A DNA stretch of 64,000 bases from Octopus vulgaris (GCA_951406725.2 OX597817.1:94860001-94924000), one strand, 5' to 3'. Shown: positions 14,622 to 28,510, counted from the stretch's first letter. Notes: generated by a model from the sequence alone, not told the origin. Translations and numbers: made by a program.

Positions 14622-15199
14622 TAATTGAGGATAAAATCTTTAAAAGAAATTATCAGTAGTCAGCGTGAAAAACCTCGTAAGAGAAAAATCCGTAAATTCT
14701 TCCTCTTTGAAAATATTTTCAAAGAGGAAGAATTTACGGATTTTTTCTCTTACGAGGTTTTTCACGCTGACTACTGATAATTTTTTTTAAAGATTTTATC
14801 CTCAATTGTTAATTTATATTTTTCACCGGAATAGTTCAATACTGAATTTTTATTCCGACTAGGCAATTTGTTACCGAAATGCATTGCGAAAAAGCCCGCC
14901 ATTTTCATAGATATGTAAGGATAAACATTCGTACAAGCTACGACGAATTCTACGGTTGGCTATCGAGTTTGTAATGTTATGTTTTTTCTTATATTTCTTG
15001 AGTTTGTTGCACTGACGAACATGAAATGCATATTCTGCATTAAATGCGAAATCACATGTGATATGTAACTGAATTCTTTTTTAAAATGATGTGTTTTGAA
15101 GTTTTGCATTCGGTAAAATTTTGTTTATTTTTAGTAGTTTTGACCGCATTGGTTCCTCTTAGCGTGTTGGTATCTACGAATAGTAGTACCCTCAATATA

Positions 15200-15200
<1 letters not shown>
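14618..15200 (+). mobile_element. Fold-back Penelope/retrozyme-like element with hammerhead, in (TA)n
   Basis: About 95-bp-arm palindrome at 14620-14812 centred on gaaaatattttc; hammerhead at 15006-15069. Confidence 0.7.
15006..15069 (+). ncRNA. Type I hammerhead ribozyme motif
   Basis: gttgca CTGACGA acat...atgc GAAA tcacatgtga TA tgtaac: 6-bp stem I, canonical core, palindromic stem III, AUA triplet; first stem II pair is mismatched. Confidence 0.75.
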
Positions 15201-15265
<65 letters not shown>

Positions 15266-15266
<1 letters not shown>

Positions 15267-15820
15267 CAAAATAGGACAAGCACGCAAAACATCCAAAAAG
15301 ACGATACAAAAAACACGAAGCCTTTAATCTTCATTCAAGAACCGGATCATCCTCGCAATTTCGGCTGATTAATCTTCAGATTGCTCCAATCTGGCCAGCC
15401 CCAAGAAAAAACTAAGCTAGATTCCTTGGAAAAAGCATCGAATGTATACGAACCAAGGACAGAAAAACGGGCGATGTTACACGAATATAAATACAAAAAT
15501 AATACAAAAAAACAATAATAACAGACCATAACAACAGGCGTCTTTCGACTGGAGACGAATTAAATAACGATGTGACAGTGACGCAAAAGGGCTAGCAGTC
15601 GGCCAATGGTCACGGGAGAAGAGAAAAGAAAGAAAAAGAGGAACAAAGGAATTAAGGAGGGGGAGAAGAGAGAGATAGAGCGAGATGGAGCAATCTCAAG
15701 ATTAATCAACCGAAATTGCGAGGATGATCCGGTTCTTGATTGAAGATTAAAGGCTTCAAATAACCCGTCCGTGTTTTTTTTATCGTCTATCTGAATGTTA
15801 TGAGTTCTTGTCCCATTTTG
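15266..15820. mobile_element. Fold-back element with ~125-bp inverted arms, in (TA)n
   Basis: 15266-15392 is the reverse complement of 15682-15820; a single-arm copy lies at 5913-6033. Confidence 0.75.
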
Positions 15821-17847
15821 TATATATATATATATAGTTCTCGAACTGGTCAAATAAAATGTACATTCACAAAATTCTATTTGACAAGTTCGAGAAACGA
15901 ACGAAAACGCTAATAATAAAAGATTTTTTCCAAAATTCTGACGATCTTTTTTCTCAATGTGTGTGTGTGTGAAGAGAGAGAGGGAGGATATGAGGGGTTT
16001 TCATCAGGATAACTTAAACTCACAGGTATGCGTTCTGAATGCTCAATAGGTGTGCCACCAAAATTACAGTTTGAACAGCAGTTGAAGTTGTGGTTATGTG
16101 ATTGTCTTGTTCAAAATGGCAACAGGTGGCTTTCCTTTTTATCCTACAAATTTTAAATCTTTTCTTTGCTTGCTGACATCTATTTCTAGTTTTCCTTAGT
16201 GGCTAGACAACACTACGTATCCACCCCAGTATGGCTTGACCACCCTTGTCTATTACACTTGTCCATTATACTATACACTTGTCTATTATCTTTCTTGTGT
16301 CCACTTTATTACTTACTACAAAAAACTAGAAATACTAGACTAAAAAGAGCAAAAGAAACTAACGATTGCGCCAGCTCGCAGCCTTAAGTATATAAACAAT
16401 ATATAGAATAAACAATATATAAGCATAAACAATACATAAGAATATATAAGAATAAACAATATATAAGAATATATAAGAATAAACAATATTCTTAAAGTTA
16501 ATATTTACTCGTTCGCGACTTCAACTCTCCTTAATTCAATCCAAGACCAATTAAATGCAGTCCTTAAATGCAGTCATTAAAAAGAACCAATGCTCAATTG
16601 CATTTTGAGATATATTTATGAAATATTGGTTCAGTAAGAAGTTACGATAAAATATGTGCATTCAAAAATGGTTGAGTGATGCTTGAATGCAACTTCTAAG
16701 CACCATTTTCCTTTTTTAAATATTTTTGTAAAAAATTATCTTTTGTGAAAGAGCTCAAATTGCCAAATTAAAATCACGGCTTAGTAACAACTTTTTCATA
16801 TGGCCGACCGAGTTGTGGATCAATCAGCATCGGGACATCATGTGATGCAGCTTTCTAGAAGCTGCTAGAACGTCCCTTTACAAAGCTTATAAATAGGCAC
16901 ATTTCGAGTGCCAAGGGTGATCACTTACAAAATGAGTCATTAAAGAAATTGATTTAAAAACAACTATGAGAGTCTACATGTGTGCATACAGCTTCTGAAA
17001 GTCCTTCCATTGCTTAATTTTATTGTAATTAACTTTTATCATTCTTATCAACATTTTTTTCGTCGATAACTATTTTTTCTCATGTTCTGTGATCTTATAT
17101 TGGTAGCTTTATTTTTTATATTTAATCTTATAATTTATATTTCTCTCGTTTTCATCTTCATTGTTTTTGCCATATCATCATTAATCATTTTCTAGTTTGT
17201 TTTATGTTTAAGCAAACAGGTTCAAACTGGTAATCCTCAATTCATGTGCATTTAATTATTTTTAGTTTGTTACCATGTGCATTACTTTTACTCTCCTATC
17301 ATTTTTACTTGAATATCAATTTTCATTGTGATCAGATTTTATATGCATATTTATTGAATAATATCTATAATAAATTTATTAATAAATTTATTAATTTTTA
17401 ATAACTAAGATTGGGTTGCCTGTAAAATAAGTGGACTACCAGGAAAATACAGGTGCAGGGATAACTGAACCTAGAAAAGTAAGGGGCAAAAGTGGCAGCT
17501 TAATAATATAGTTGAAGTTGAAATATTTTAAGAAAAGGATGCATTAAACATATTACAGTATGCATTAGAATAGCTATGTTAAAAATAACATGATAGCTTT
17601 AAGTTTTATTAGCAAGATTATTAGACTTTCTCAAATACTTTTCTATCAATACATAATATACATAACTGATATACCATAAGTTTTTTTAAATATTTAATGA
17701 TGTTTTTATTCATATTTCGGCTTCATTGCAATACTTTTAAGCTTCCACTTCTTGTCAAGCACGCCTGCACTCACATTTTCCTGGTGATATATGTGTTACT
17801 GTATACATGTGCTTATTTTTTAAAAAAATAATAGATATATAGGTAAG

Positions 17848-18368
<521 letters not shown>

Positions 18369-18479
18369 ATGTTAGTGGGACAGAGGTACGTGCAGAAAAA
18401 GAGTACGGCAATATATAATTCCAGTGTACATCAAAAGACAAAATGTATTGAGTACACGAATGATCGAAACATTTCTCAC

Positions 18480-18607
18480 CTTTATTTTGCTGATTTTCTC
18501 TCAGAATGTCTTTTAGCTGTGGTACCTTATTGTTAGAAGTATCATTGTTCTTCATGAGCTGTTGTGTTATTTGGCGGGTAAGGCTAAATGTGAATTTGGC
18601 TTGAAGG
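18480..18607 (-). CDS. AGBL2: Probable C-terminal-region exon of the CCP2/3-like gene
   Basis: tttttcag / gtgaga. Translates [42 protein letters not shown]; phase 2 to 1 fits both neighbours. Confidence 0.75.
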
Positions 18608-18903
18608 CTGAAAAATGGGTTTGCATTGTTGACACTCAATGATGAACAGTAAGAATGTTGTAAACAGAAGACATGCCTCGCAGTCAATACACACACACAC
18701 GCACACACACACAAACACGCACAGACGCACACGCACACGCACACACACACACACAAACACGCACAGACGCACACGCACACATATACACACAAACACACAC
18801 ACACACACACAAACACGCACAGACGCACACGCACACACACACACATATATATAAGCTTACTTGGAAATGGATGCGTGGCGTTCAATTAAATAATTACATC
18901 ATA

Positions 18904-19059
<156 letters not shown>

Positions 19060-19506
19060 CACGAATAGTTTTAAATATATCTTTTGATACCTTTTTATGT
19101 CCTAGAGAATTCAGTGCTCAATAGCTAAAGTAAAGCATTTTATATGAAATCTAATGTATACTCAAAATATTGGTTTCAACACCCGCAATTTTCGGGAGAG
19201 GGGTAAGTCGATTATATCAATTCCTGTACTCAACTGATATTTTTATCGACTCCAAAAAGATGAAAAGCAATGTCAACCACGCCGGAATTTGAACTCACAA
19301 GGTAAAAATGAGCGAAATGCTGCTGAGCGTTTTACCCGGCGCCATTACGATTCAGTCAGCTCACCGTCTCAAGATGCTCCAAAATATTAATTACATCACA
19401 CTCATACACACATATATAAACACACACACACATACACAAACATACACACACATACATGCATGCATGTTTTTATATATATATATATATATATATATACAGC
19501 ACGGAC

Positions 19507-19556
19507 TTTGTCAGTGAACAGGTCGCGGATTTTAGCGACGAAAATATTTTGACAAA
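19507..19556 (+). ncRNA. Variant hammerhead motif with G3-C8 swapped core
   Basis: tttgtca GTGAACA G gtcgc-ggatttta-gcgac GAAA atat TT tgacaaa: perfect 7-bp stem I, 5-bp stem II, palindromic AATATT stem III. Lies in a ~200-bp element (19499-19695) between TA tracts. Confidence 0.7.
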
Positions 19557-19694
19557 TTAAACTTAAATGTTGGAGTGAATCGAACGGCTTTTGTGTGTTT
19601 CTTAAATGGCTTATAAACACCTTCCACGCTGCAATTGTTTTCGTTTCAGCACACGATCTCAGATCAAATTACTTGCTATGCGAGTACATCTCCG

Positions 19695-19754
<60 letters not shown>

Positions 19755-19972
19755 TCTATTCTTTTATTCTTTTAGTTGTTTTAGTCATTTGACTTCGGCC
19801 ATGCTGGAATATCATCTTTAGTCGAACAAATAGACCCGAGAACTTATTCTTTCGATTTCTTTTGACGAACCGCTAAGTGACGCGGACGTAAACACACCAA
19901 CATCATCATACAATGAAAAACTAAGGAGCTTTTTTATTAATACTAATAGACTACTTGAATCCACATATTACG

Positions 19973-20007
<35 letters not shown>

Positions 20008-20039
20008 ATAGAGAGAGAGAGAGAGAGAGAGGGAGGGAG

Positions 20040-20508
20040 AGAGTAAAGTCTATTTGCTAACGTCAAGTGGCAGTCCTGATTAGGACGGTGCTACTACCTT
20101 TTTTGGGTCTCAGGAAATCCGCTTTTCCAGCTGGCTATCGATACACAACTGCGTCCTTACACCTTGAACAAGGGAGCTAATGTCCTCACTCAGTCTAGAA
20201 CGGTACCTGCGGACCAATGGTTTCTGGGTTATTTCTCTTCATCAGCACAGAATAACCTTTGCTAGAGACGGCAGCACTAGTCCTCGCTCGATGTATGTTG
20301 TTTTAAAGTGGCACACAGTCTATGATATCGTAAGGAGAAAAGTAATTAGTTCTAAATCTCTGAGTGAGAAATAAGTAGTAATAGTACTACAGAGTAAAGT
20401 CTGTTTGCCAACGTAAAGTGACAGTCCTTATTAGGACGGTGTTACTATCTTTTTCAGCCCGAGGTAAACATCTTTTCCAGCTGGCTATCGACGCACAACT
20501 GTGTCCTT
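20040..20508 (-). mobile_element. Retrozyme-like partial tandem (unit about 350 bp) with one hammerhead
   Basis: About 120-bp diverged direct repeats at 20040-20160 and 20390-20508; hammerhead between them; no coding capacity. Confidence 0.7.
20207..20250 (-). ncRNA. Minimal type I hammerhead ribozyme motif
   Basis: ctgtg CTGATGA agagaaataaccca GAAA ccattgg TC cgcag; GUC triplet, quasi-palindromic stem III, eroded stem II. Confidence 0.65.
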
Positions 20509-20530
20509 ATATATATTATGCCTTGATATA

Positions 20531-21783
20531 AAGGGGTTGGACAAAATAATGGAAACACCTTATAATTTCAAACAAATTTATTTCAATATGAGGTAGGGCC
20601 ACCTTTGGCAGTAATTACAGCTTGAATTCTAAGAGGTATGAACTTGCACAAAGTTTGAATTGTTTCCAAAGGAATTTTTGTCCATTCTTCTGATAAAACA
20701 GTCTCCAGTTCTTGTAGGGATGATGGTGGAGGATATCGACTCCTTACTTGTTTTTCTAAAATGCACCATAAATGTTCAATAATATTGAGATCTGGGGACT
20801 GTGTTGGCCAGATAAGATGCTCAGCTTCACTAGAATGTTCCTCGTGCCATTTAGTAACAACTTTAGCTGTGTGAGTTTGTGCATTATCATTCTGAAAGAT
20901 TGCGTTTCCCTCCGGAAAAGGTTCCGCAACCATAGGATGAATTTGATCAGATAAAATGCTTAAATAGTCTTGACTATTAATTCTGTCATGAAGGGTAACC
21001 AATATACAGCCTCCACCCCACAAGATCATCACAGATCCTCCTCCATGTTTAACAGTTGGAAAAAGGAAGTCTGGGTCAAATGCTTCTTTTGGCTCCACAC
21101 GCATACTCTGCCGGTGGTCGGAAAAAAGGTAACGGATGACTCGTCCGCGAAAATAACATTCATCCGCTGCTCTAGGGACCAATTCAGTAGGTTTATACTC
21201 CACTCTAAACGCTTTGCAATGTTTGATTTTGAAGGTGGAGTTTTTCTGATTGCGGCCTTCCCGTGAAATCTGACTTTGTGCAACTCCCGGCGAACAGTTT
21301 TTGTGGAAACTGGCTTCTCGACGTGGTCATTAAGCTCTACAGTAATAATAAGAGTCGTACTTTTGTGATCCTTTCTAACAATTCGCGTAAGAGTTCAACG
21401 AGCCTTATCTGAAAGTTTGGTTTTCTTCCGGAGATTTGTTTCAACGAGGTTTCTCCCTCTTTCTCAAAAGTTGTCATTACTTTTGAGACAGTACGCCTTG
21501 ATACACCACACATTTCCTCTGTTTTCGTTACGCTAGCGCCTGCCATACGAGCACCAACAATTTGATCCCTTTGAATGTCCGATAGATTTGTCATTTTCAT
21601 GAATATTAATTAATTTTTTCCGATGATATCTGAAAAGAAACAGCAATTTTAACAAAACATATTAAGCAAATCTAATAATAAATTAAAAAACATAAAAATT
21701 AATATGTTTTTGACGGTTTTATAGGTATTTCAAAATTATGATGCTGTGATGCGTGGTGTTACCATTATTCTGTCCAACCCCTG
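20531..21783 (-). mobile_element. Tc1-like DNA transposon, degenerate
   Basis: TIRs (c)aggggttggacaaaataatggaaacacc / ggtgttaccattattctgtccaacccctg with TA flanks. Motifs VIFADES, PTVKHGGGSVM, FQNDNA and WPTQSPDLNIIEHLW. Confidence 0.93.
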
Positions 21784-21814
<31 letters not shown>

Positions 21815-21920
21815 ATCAAGGCATAAATAATAGTCATTGCATATTCTTAAATAGTAAATTTGACTTACAACTGTGCATATGACCATCACGAAGTATAATG
21901 ATTTATATATATATATATAT

Positions 21921-22625
21921 CGTTTTGGGATTTGGCTTGCAAGATTCTTTATATGAGTTCGTGTGTTGAAGCATATTCTATTGTGCCTTATAATTTAACA
22001 CACTCACCAGTAAAATTTCCACTTATTTCTTATTTATATTTTCCTAAAATTTTCGTTGCGTCTTGCAACCTTTTCAATAGACTTGACTCTGTCCATTATT
22101 TACACTGCGTTCCTTTTTGTTTGTTTGTGCGCATATGTGTGGGTTAGTGTGTGTGTGTGCCTATTCATGCATGCATGTACGTATGTATGTGTGTGTGTAT
22201 GTATGTATATATATATATATATATATATAGATAGATAGATAGATAGATAGATATAGATATAGATATATATGTGTGTGTGTGTGTGTGCATATGTATATAT
22301 GTATGTATGTGTGTGCATCTGTATGTATGTATTCTGCATATTCATGTGCTTGCATGTCCGTGTTTGTGTATTTTCTATGTATGTGTGTGTGTGAGCATCT
22401 GTTTGTCTTTGTATGCGCCTCTGTCTCCTTGTGTGCGCATGTGTTTTGCAACTATGTACCATGCTTGTATGTATGGAGGTGCATCTCTATATGTGTGGAT
22501 CCGTGTGTCCATATGTGTCTTTGTGTGGAGTAAAGTGTGTGAGTATATATGGTCATGTGTTTCAGTCTCCATTTGCGTATGTGTGCTTGTCTGTTCTTAT
22601 AACCTATGTACCTATCCGTCTATAC
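21921..22625 (-). mobile_element. TA-abutting interspersed repeat with pseudo-microsatellite body and variant hammerhead
   Basis: Homologous to 170-760, 824-1330 and 1535-2107; shares the terminal ttcaacacacga...cttgc motif with the elements at 2765 and 19645. Confidence 0.7.
22043..22081 (-). ncRNA. Variant hammerhead motif with U3-A8 core
   Basis: tcta TTGAAAA G gttgc-aagac-gcaac GAAA at TT tagg; palindromic AAAATTTT at stem III; short stem I. Confidence 0.55.
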
Positions 22626-22907
22626 AAGCTATACACAAAATCTGTCAATTCAGCTGCCAAGCGGGTAGGACTCTCAGAACATCAAAAAAGGAAACTAAAA
22701 CATACGATGTCACAAAACATCAAAAAGAAGATAAACACAGAAATCTACCAGTACCAAAAACGAAAGAGAGCCCTGCTGCATGAACTAAAAAACACCACTT
22801 ACTCCACACGAAAGAGACAGATTCATGACAAACATCCAACAAGAATACCGCCGAGTTAATAATGCCTGTAACAAACACTTCAACAATAAACTCAAGATTG
22901 TACTTAC

Positions 22908-23009
22908 CGTTCATCAGCCTGGGCCTTGTGGAAGTTATAAATAGCCATACACAGTGATTTACCCATGTCTTCATAGTCTCCAATACTGAAGTGACACGGT
23001 TTCTGTCCT
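22908..23009 (-). CDS. AGBL2: Cytosolic carboxypeptidase 2/3-like exon (end of catalytic domain)
   Basis: gtttcag / gtaagta. Translates GQKPCHFSIGDYEDMGKSLCMAIYNFHKAQADE(R); phase 2 to 2. Matches the HF...MG..LC helix of CCPs. Confidence 0.88.
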
Positions 23010-23345
23010 CTGAAACATTCACAAATATCATCTCTATTATTATCCCCATTAATCAACATTATCATTATTGTATCAGTAGTTTATTTTCACTGCACAATTA
23101 ACCGCAGCTTTGTGCACCGTGCTGTGTCTTTTTTTATCTGTATTTGGATTGTGTATTTTCTGTTAGCACTAATCTACGTAATATATGCCGAGTAAATCTG
23201 TTTTCTGTATGTTACGTATATTTTCTGAGTCTTGTATATGAGCAGTAGCAACAGTAGTAGCAGCAGCAGTAGCAGGAGCTATTGTTGTTGTTGATAATGA
23301 TGATGATGCTGTTGTTGTCGCTATCGTTGCTGTCGTCGTTGTCGA

Positions 23346-23388
<43 letters not shown>

Positions 23389-23405
23389 GCTGCTGCTGCT
23401 GCTGC

Positions 23406-23487
<82 letters not shown>

Positions 23488-24232
23488 GGATTGGTGAAGG
23501 GTAGTATGAGCAGAACGAGGCGCAGAATACTTTATGACAAAAGAAACTAGCCACAAACCTGAATAATGAGTCCTATTGAATAACCGTCGAATACATTTTA
23601 TAACTCAACGATAACTGAATTATGAGACTCATTGAATATCTCTACAACCATGAGAGAACACTTGATCAAATGTTCTACTAAGAATGTACCCATTCCGACA
23701 ATAAAAGTATATACGATGTGTCTCATCCAAAATGTTGAAGACTTTATGCGAAAGCCATGTACATTGTAAAAGATGATCTGGATGATTAACTGTCCGCCAT
23801 TGTTAAACATGCTTCACTTTTGACAATAACATAGCTTGTTTCCTTCCTATTGTCTCTCCGTCTATCTTGGCCAACGATATCTATCTGAAATGTTGATATC
23901 TCTTCCACTCATTTCACAATGCAGTAACATCGGCTTTCTACTGTTAATTGTTGTGGGTCGTTTTTTTTTTACCTCTGACAGGTTGTGTTTTTTTAACCGT
24001 GTTTTACTCAGGAAATATGTGTGTGCCTGTATGTATATATATATATGTGTGTGTGTTGTTGCGCGTGTGTGTATGCATGTAAGAAGTCAAGTTCGTCAGC
24101 TACGACAGAAAGAGAGAATGCATGTATGCATGTGTGTGTATCCGGGTAGGCGTGTATGTGAATTTCTTTCCTTACTACAGTTCAGCGCAATGAAGCACCG
24201 TTGCACAATCTGGTAACAGAGCAGAATCTTAC

Positions 24233-24378
24233 CTGTCAAGAACCGAACCACTGAACGCTGCCTCCATAGTAAAGCTATTGGCAATGTGTAATTGACGCCA
24301 CATCACAACACGGCCAGTTGATTCTTTACATTTTCGGATGCGGAATTTACAGGATGTGAATGAAAATTTATCTGGAGC
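24233..24378 (-). CDS. AGBL2: Cytosolic carboxypeptidase 2/3-like exon (catalytic Glu in FTME)
   Basis: cattctag / gtaaga. Translates [48 protein letters not shown](R); phase 0 to 2. This frame is not in the supplied ORF track. Confidence 0.93.
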
Positions 24379-24755
24379 CTAGAATGATGAATTAAAAACC
24401 AGCTAGATATAGATATTAATGTATTACGTATATTGGTTTCAAATTTTGGCACAAGGTCTGCAGTTTAAATCGTCTCTAGTACTGAATTGGTACTTATTTT
24501 ATCGACTTCAAAAGGATGAAAAGGATGAAAGTCGACCTCAGTGGTATTTGAACTCCGAATGTAAAGACAGACGAAATACCGCTAACCATTTTGCCCAGCG
24601 CGCTAACGTTTCTATCAACTCGCCGCCTTACGTATATTGATGATCATGATAAAGAGGAGGAAGATGAAAAGGAGGCTGGTGATGGTGGTGGTAATGTTGG
24701 TGTTGAAAGCGATGGTAGTGTTTATGGCGATCATGATAGTATTAGTGATGCTGAG

Positions 24756-25130
24756 TGGACGCGCAATGGCCCGGTAGTTAGGGCAGCGGATTCGCGGTCG
24801 AGGGATCGCGGTTTCGATTCCCAGACCGGGCGTTGTGAGTGTTTCCTGAGCAAAAATACCTAAAGCTCCACGAAGCTCCGGCAGGAGGTGGTGGCGAACC
24901 TTCCTGTACTCTTTCACCACAACTTTCACACGTTCTTTCTGTTTGTGTTGTATCTGTATTTCAAAGGGACAGCCTTGTCACACACTGCGTCACACTGAAT
25001 CTCCCCGAAAACTACGTTAAAGATACACATGTCTGGAGTGCTTAGCCACTTGCACGTTAATTTCACAAGCAGGCTGCTCCGTTGATCGGATCAACTGGAA
25101 CCCTCGTCGTCGTAACCGACAGAGTGCCAC
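24756..25130 (+). mobile_element. tRNA-derived SINE
   Basis: tggcccggtagttagggc (A box), ggtttcgattccc (B box), GC-rich body ending gacagagtgccac. Confidence 0.75.
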
Positions 25131-25168
25131 GAGTATTGGTGATAATGAATATTATTTTCTTTAATACT

Positions 25169-25256
<88 letters not shown>

Positions 25257-25314
25257 CATACATTCATGCATACATACATACATACATACATACATACATA
25301 CATACATACATACA

Positions 25315-25352
<38 letters not shown>

Positions 25353-25548
25353 ATTTTGAACTAATGGGTATGTGTTGATTAGTGTGGTGAAGTGTTTAGT
25401 AGAGCACTGGCACAGTTTGGGCTACCTGGTGTCATCCGCAGTCGGGGTATATTTCCGTTGGATCTACTTCAGGAACTCTGTAGTGTTCGTTGAGATAATG
25501 ATAATTTATTAAGTAACCAGAAGATGGATTTGGTATTAATCTTTATTT

Positions 25549-25654
25549 TGTACAACGGTCGTTTCGACCAATCCTACTACTGTCCCGTATGAGTGGGACT
25601 CCGTTCAACATCTTGTGTTGCATCTATTTTGAAGTCTGGGCCTCATCAGGTACA
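25549..25654 (-). ncRNA. Type I hammerhead motif with long stem II insertion
   Basis: tgtac CTGATGA ggcc...~70 nt...ggtc GAAA cgaccg TT gtaca. A homologue at 29671-29763 (+) has lost the GAAA segment. Confidence 0.65.
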
Positions 25655-25734
25655 TCCATACATAAAGTTGTGCTTCACTAAATATTCTGAGTTTAGGCTG
25701 CTAGATTGTTATATGCCCGTCTGGTTATGGAATG

Positions 25735-26800
25735 AAACATTGCTACAATTTTCAATTACTTTCCATAATAAGAATTGCAAACATTTGTAAATATAACTAT
25801 TAATAAGAAAAAAAACTAATAGGAGATACAAGAAGCATGATGTCCTCTGATACAACGCTATCTGGGACTCGAACATCTCATCCAGGTTCGGGAAATAGTT
25901 CCTCGCTGCACTCGATCGTTGCTTCTCTAAAAACAGCACGTACAGCCAGCTATACAACCGGCACACTGTAAAACTGTCGTATGCAAATTCATCGAATATG
26001 GAGCACCACATTCATAGAATTAACAACCGAAAACTAAGACAGCATGCAGGAAACATCGAAAATAGGCCCTCAAGACTTGACAGAGGCACATATAACAACC
26101 CTAGGGACAGTGCAAATCACATAACGCGTCACAATAACAATGACTCGAACAATAACACTAACCAACCGAGAGAAAAACAACTGCAACAACTTTACTAACC
26201 AACCAACACATGATAGACACAATTCAAGCAACAAACAAACACACCCAGAAATAATGAAAATAATAAGGTAGACACGAGCACGAATATAAATAGAACCGAG
26301 CAGGCAGGTACCGGCTGTACACACGCAAACGAAGAACTGACAAACTACGCTCATGCAGAGACCTTCGAAATGTCCTCTGGGTAACCAATGCAAGACTCGC
26401 AATGTGTTTACAAGTGTACTGTAAATACTAGAGGAGGTCCGTACGTATATATCGGTGCATCGGTTGATATCTCCAAAAACAGATCGAAACCACATTGCCA
26501 GCTTTCTAAAAAAAAATCCTTAAACGACATGCAACATCACTGGCCGATTTCGTCTGGCGACTCAAATAGGAGAGGCTAAAATACGACCTGAGCTGGTCAA
26601 TAATTAAACATGGGAGTCCGTATAACACGCTATCCGGAAATGCCTGCAACGTTCCGAGGAATTGCTGTCAATATTGTTGACAAAAGAGCGGATTATGAAT
26701 AGATTTGTTGATCGACTGCCCAGAGGTATGCATACAGCTAAACACATGTCCACACAGTACAGTGTAAACCACATCTAGCCGATACAAACCATAACTCCGA
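25735..26800 (+). mobile_element. Degenerate Penelope-like element, 3' part (GIY-YIG)
   Basis: HTVKLSY, then CVYKCTVNTRGGPYVYIGAS (GIY-YIG) and downstream W.IIK...C..C remnants. Confidence 0.75.
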
Positions 26801-27733
26801 CAACTCGGATTAACCCACCCCTGAGTGAAAACCTCATGAACTGCAACCATGTAACCTATACTAAGGAAGGGCCAGATGAGAACGCTACATGTATTTAGCT
26901 ACGTTCGCTTGGGAAACTTGCAGAACGCAACAATAGGTAACTAGAGTATAGCTTTTTTAAAAAAACGTAATAGACTGGTTAACTAAAGAGACAAAAAATT
27001 TGCTTTATTGTGTTAATTATGCTTAGACATAGTTATATTTATATATGTTCCTACATGATATCTTTGGTACACAACCTTAGTCACTAAAATATACAAATAA
27101 AAGGGTACTAGAGCATAGCTTCTAGATTAATGTAATATATGAATTATCTAAAGAGTAAAACAGGCTTGTTTATATATTTATACTCGTGTGCAGATATTGG
27201 TGTTCATACAGCTGTATATTAATGAAATGTACCAACAAAGTTACTGCTTCAAAAACTAAACGGGGTGCAGGCATGTGTATGTGCTTGTGTGTAAGTATAT
27301 GCGTGCGTGTATGCTTGTGTGGATATACGTATACATGTGTGTCTGTGGGGAGTAAGTGCGCATTTATGCATACGCGCGTGTATGCGGATGTATGTGGGTC
27401 GCATATATATGTGTGTGCTTGTATATATATATATATATTTTCCGGATGAAAATACTTCTTCCGTTTAGGGCATTATTCCCTAGGTTTCCAACGTTTTTTT
27501 ATAATACTTTATTTAAGGGATTCCTATCATTTCCGTATGAATATATATAAATAAAAATCATTGGAGTCCAATAAATGTCATCAAATAAATGGAACAGGTT
27601 TTGATGGTAATATGGATTATTTATTTACTTTAACAAGAAAGCTGTTTCTGTCGCAAAAGACCATATTTCAGGTATACAATTGATGAATATGTATTTCAAC
27701 AAAAGTAATACACATTATTATATTAAGTTATAT

Positions 27734-27770
<37 letters not shown>

Positions 27771-28505
27771 TTTATAATAAGGTTCAGCACAGATTTGCTT
27801 TACCACATACCGAAGTTTAGAAATAGCAGCCAAAGAACCTTAGCTATTTCCTCTACTTTAAAAAAAGACTCCCGGAAGAAACAAATTACTCGAAAACAAT
27901 CCACGAAGGCAGAGAGGAAAAATAACGAAAATCAATCGATATTAGATTATCCATGTACGCGTTTCGGAATTAGATCGGTATAAAGAATGTGTAATTTATA
28001 CTTTACCCGAACATTTTCTTCATCATCATGGGACTTCACAATATTAGATATTAAAAATATTAAATTCGAAGGCACTGGAAGAACCGAACATATCTCTCCA
28101 ACTAACGGTATCAGACAGATCAAATTCAACGTCAGTACCGCCGAATTTAAAAATATACGAATGAAGTTCATTACCTTCCCCTGCCCATCCACGTGTGTCG
28201 TCAAGTAAAATACTACAGAAAAAATGTGTAGTTTATTATCAGGGAGAAAATTATGTTATCAATAATAACAAAGGGTAAAATTAATTAATTAACTAGTAAT
28301 CAATAATTTCACCAAGTAGAATTCGGCATGAAAAAGGGTTCAGCAAAGATTTGCTTTACCACAGTATGTGGTAAAGCAAATCTTTGCTGAACCCTATTAT
28401 AAAGTATTACTTTAATTTACCGTGAAATGGTCCTTTTTCATACCGAATTCTACTTGGTGAAATTATTGATTACTAGTTAATTAATTAATTTTACCCTTTT
28501 TATTG

Positions 28506-28510
<5 letters not shown>
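27771..28510 (-). mobile_element. Composite direct plus inverted repeat element with decayed hammerhead, in (TA)n
   Basis: ggttcagcaaagatttgctttaccaca occurs at 27781 and 28337 and inverted at 28367; outer inverted arms 28262-28337 / 28432-28508. Hammerhead at 27951-28031: ccatg ATGATGA...GAAA cgcg TA catgg (C3A). Confidence 0.65.

Noticed and set aside
15330-15420. CTGAAGA...GAAA in the 15266-15820 fold-back
   Set aside because: No consistent stems I and II could be built, and the other arm reads CTCAAGA.
16385-16490. Repeats of aataaacaatatataag that look like a short array
   Set aside because: Simple AT-rich minisatellite without unique spacers; eukaryotic context, not CRISPR.
20516-21825. 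13-bp inverted match (ttatgccttgata / tatcaaggcataa) outside the Tc1 TIRs
   Set aside because: Short and AT-rich; may be a small pre-existing hairpin, but there is too little support.
24756-24835. tRNA-like sequences (also near 13760, 41210 and 50895)
   Set aside because: They have A/B boxes but no complete cloverleaf that I could build, and they continue into SINE bodies.
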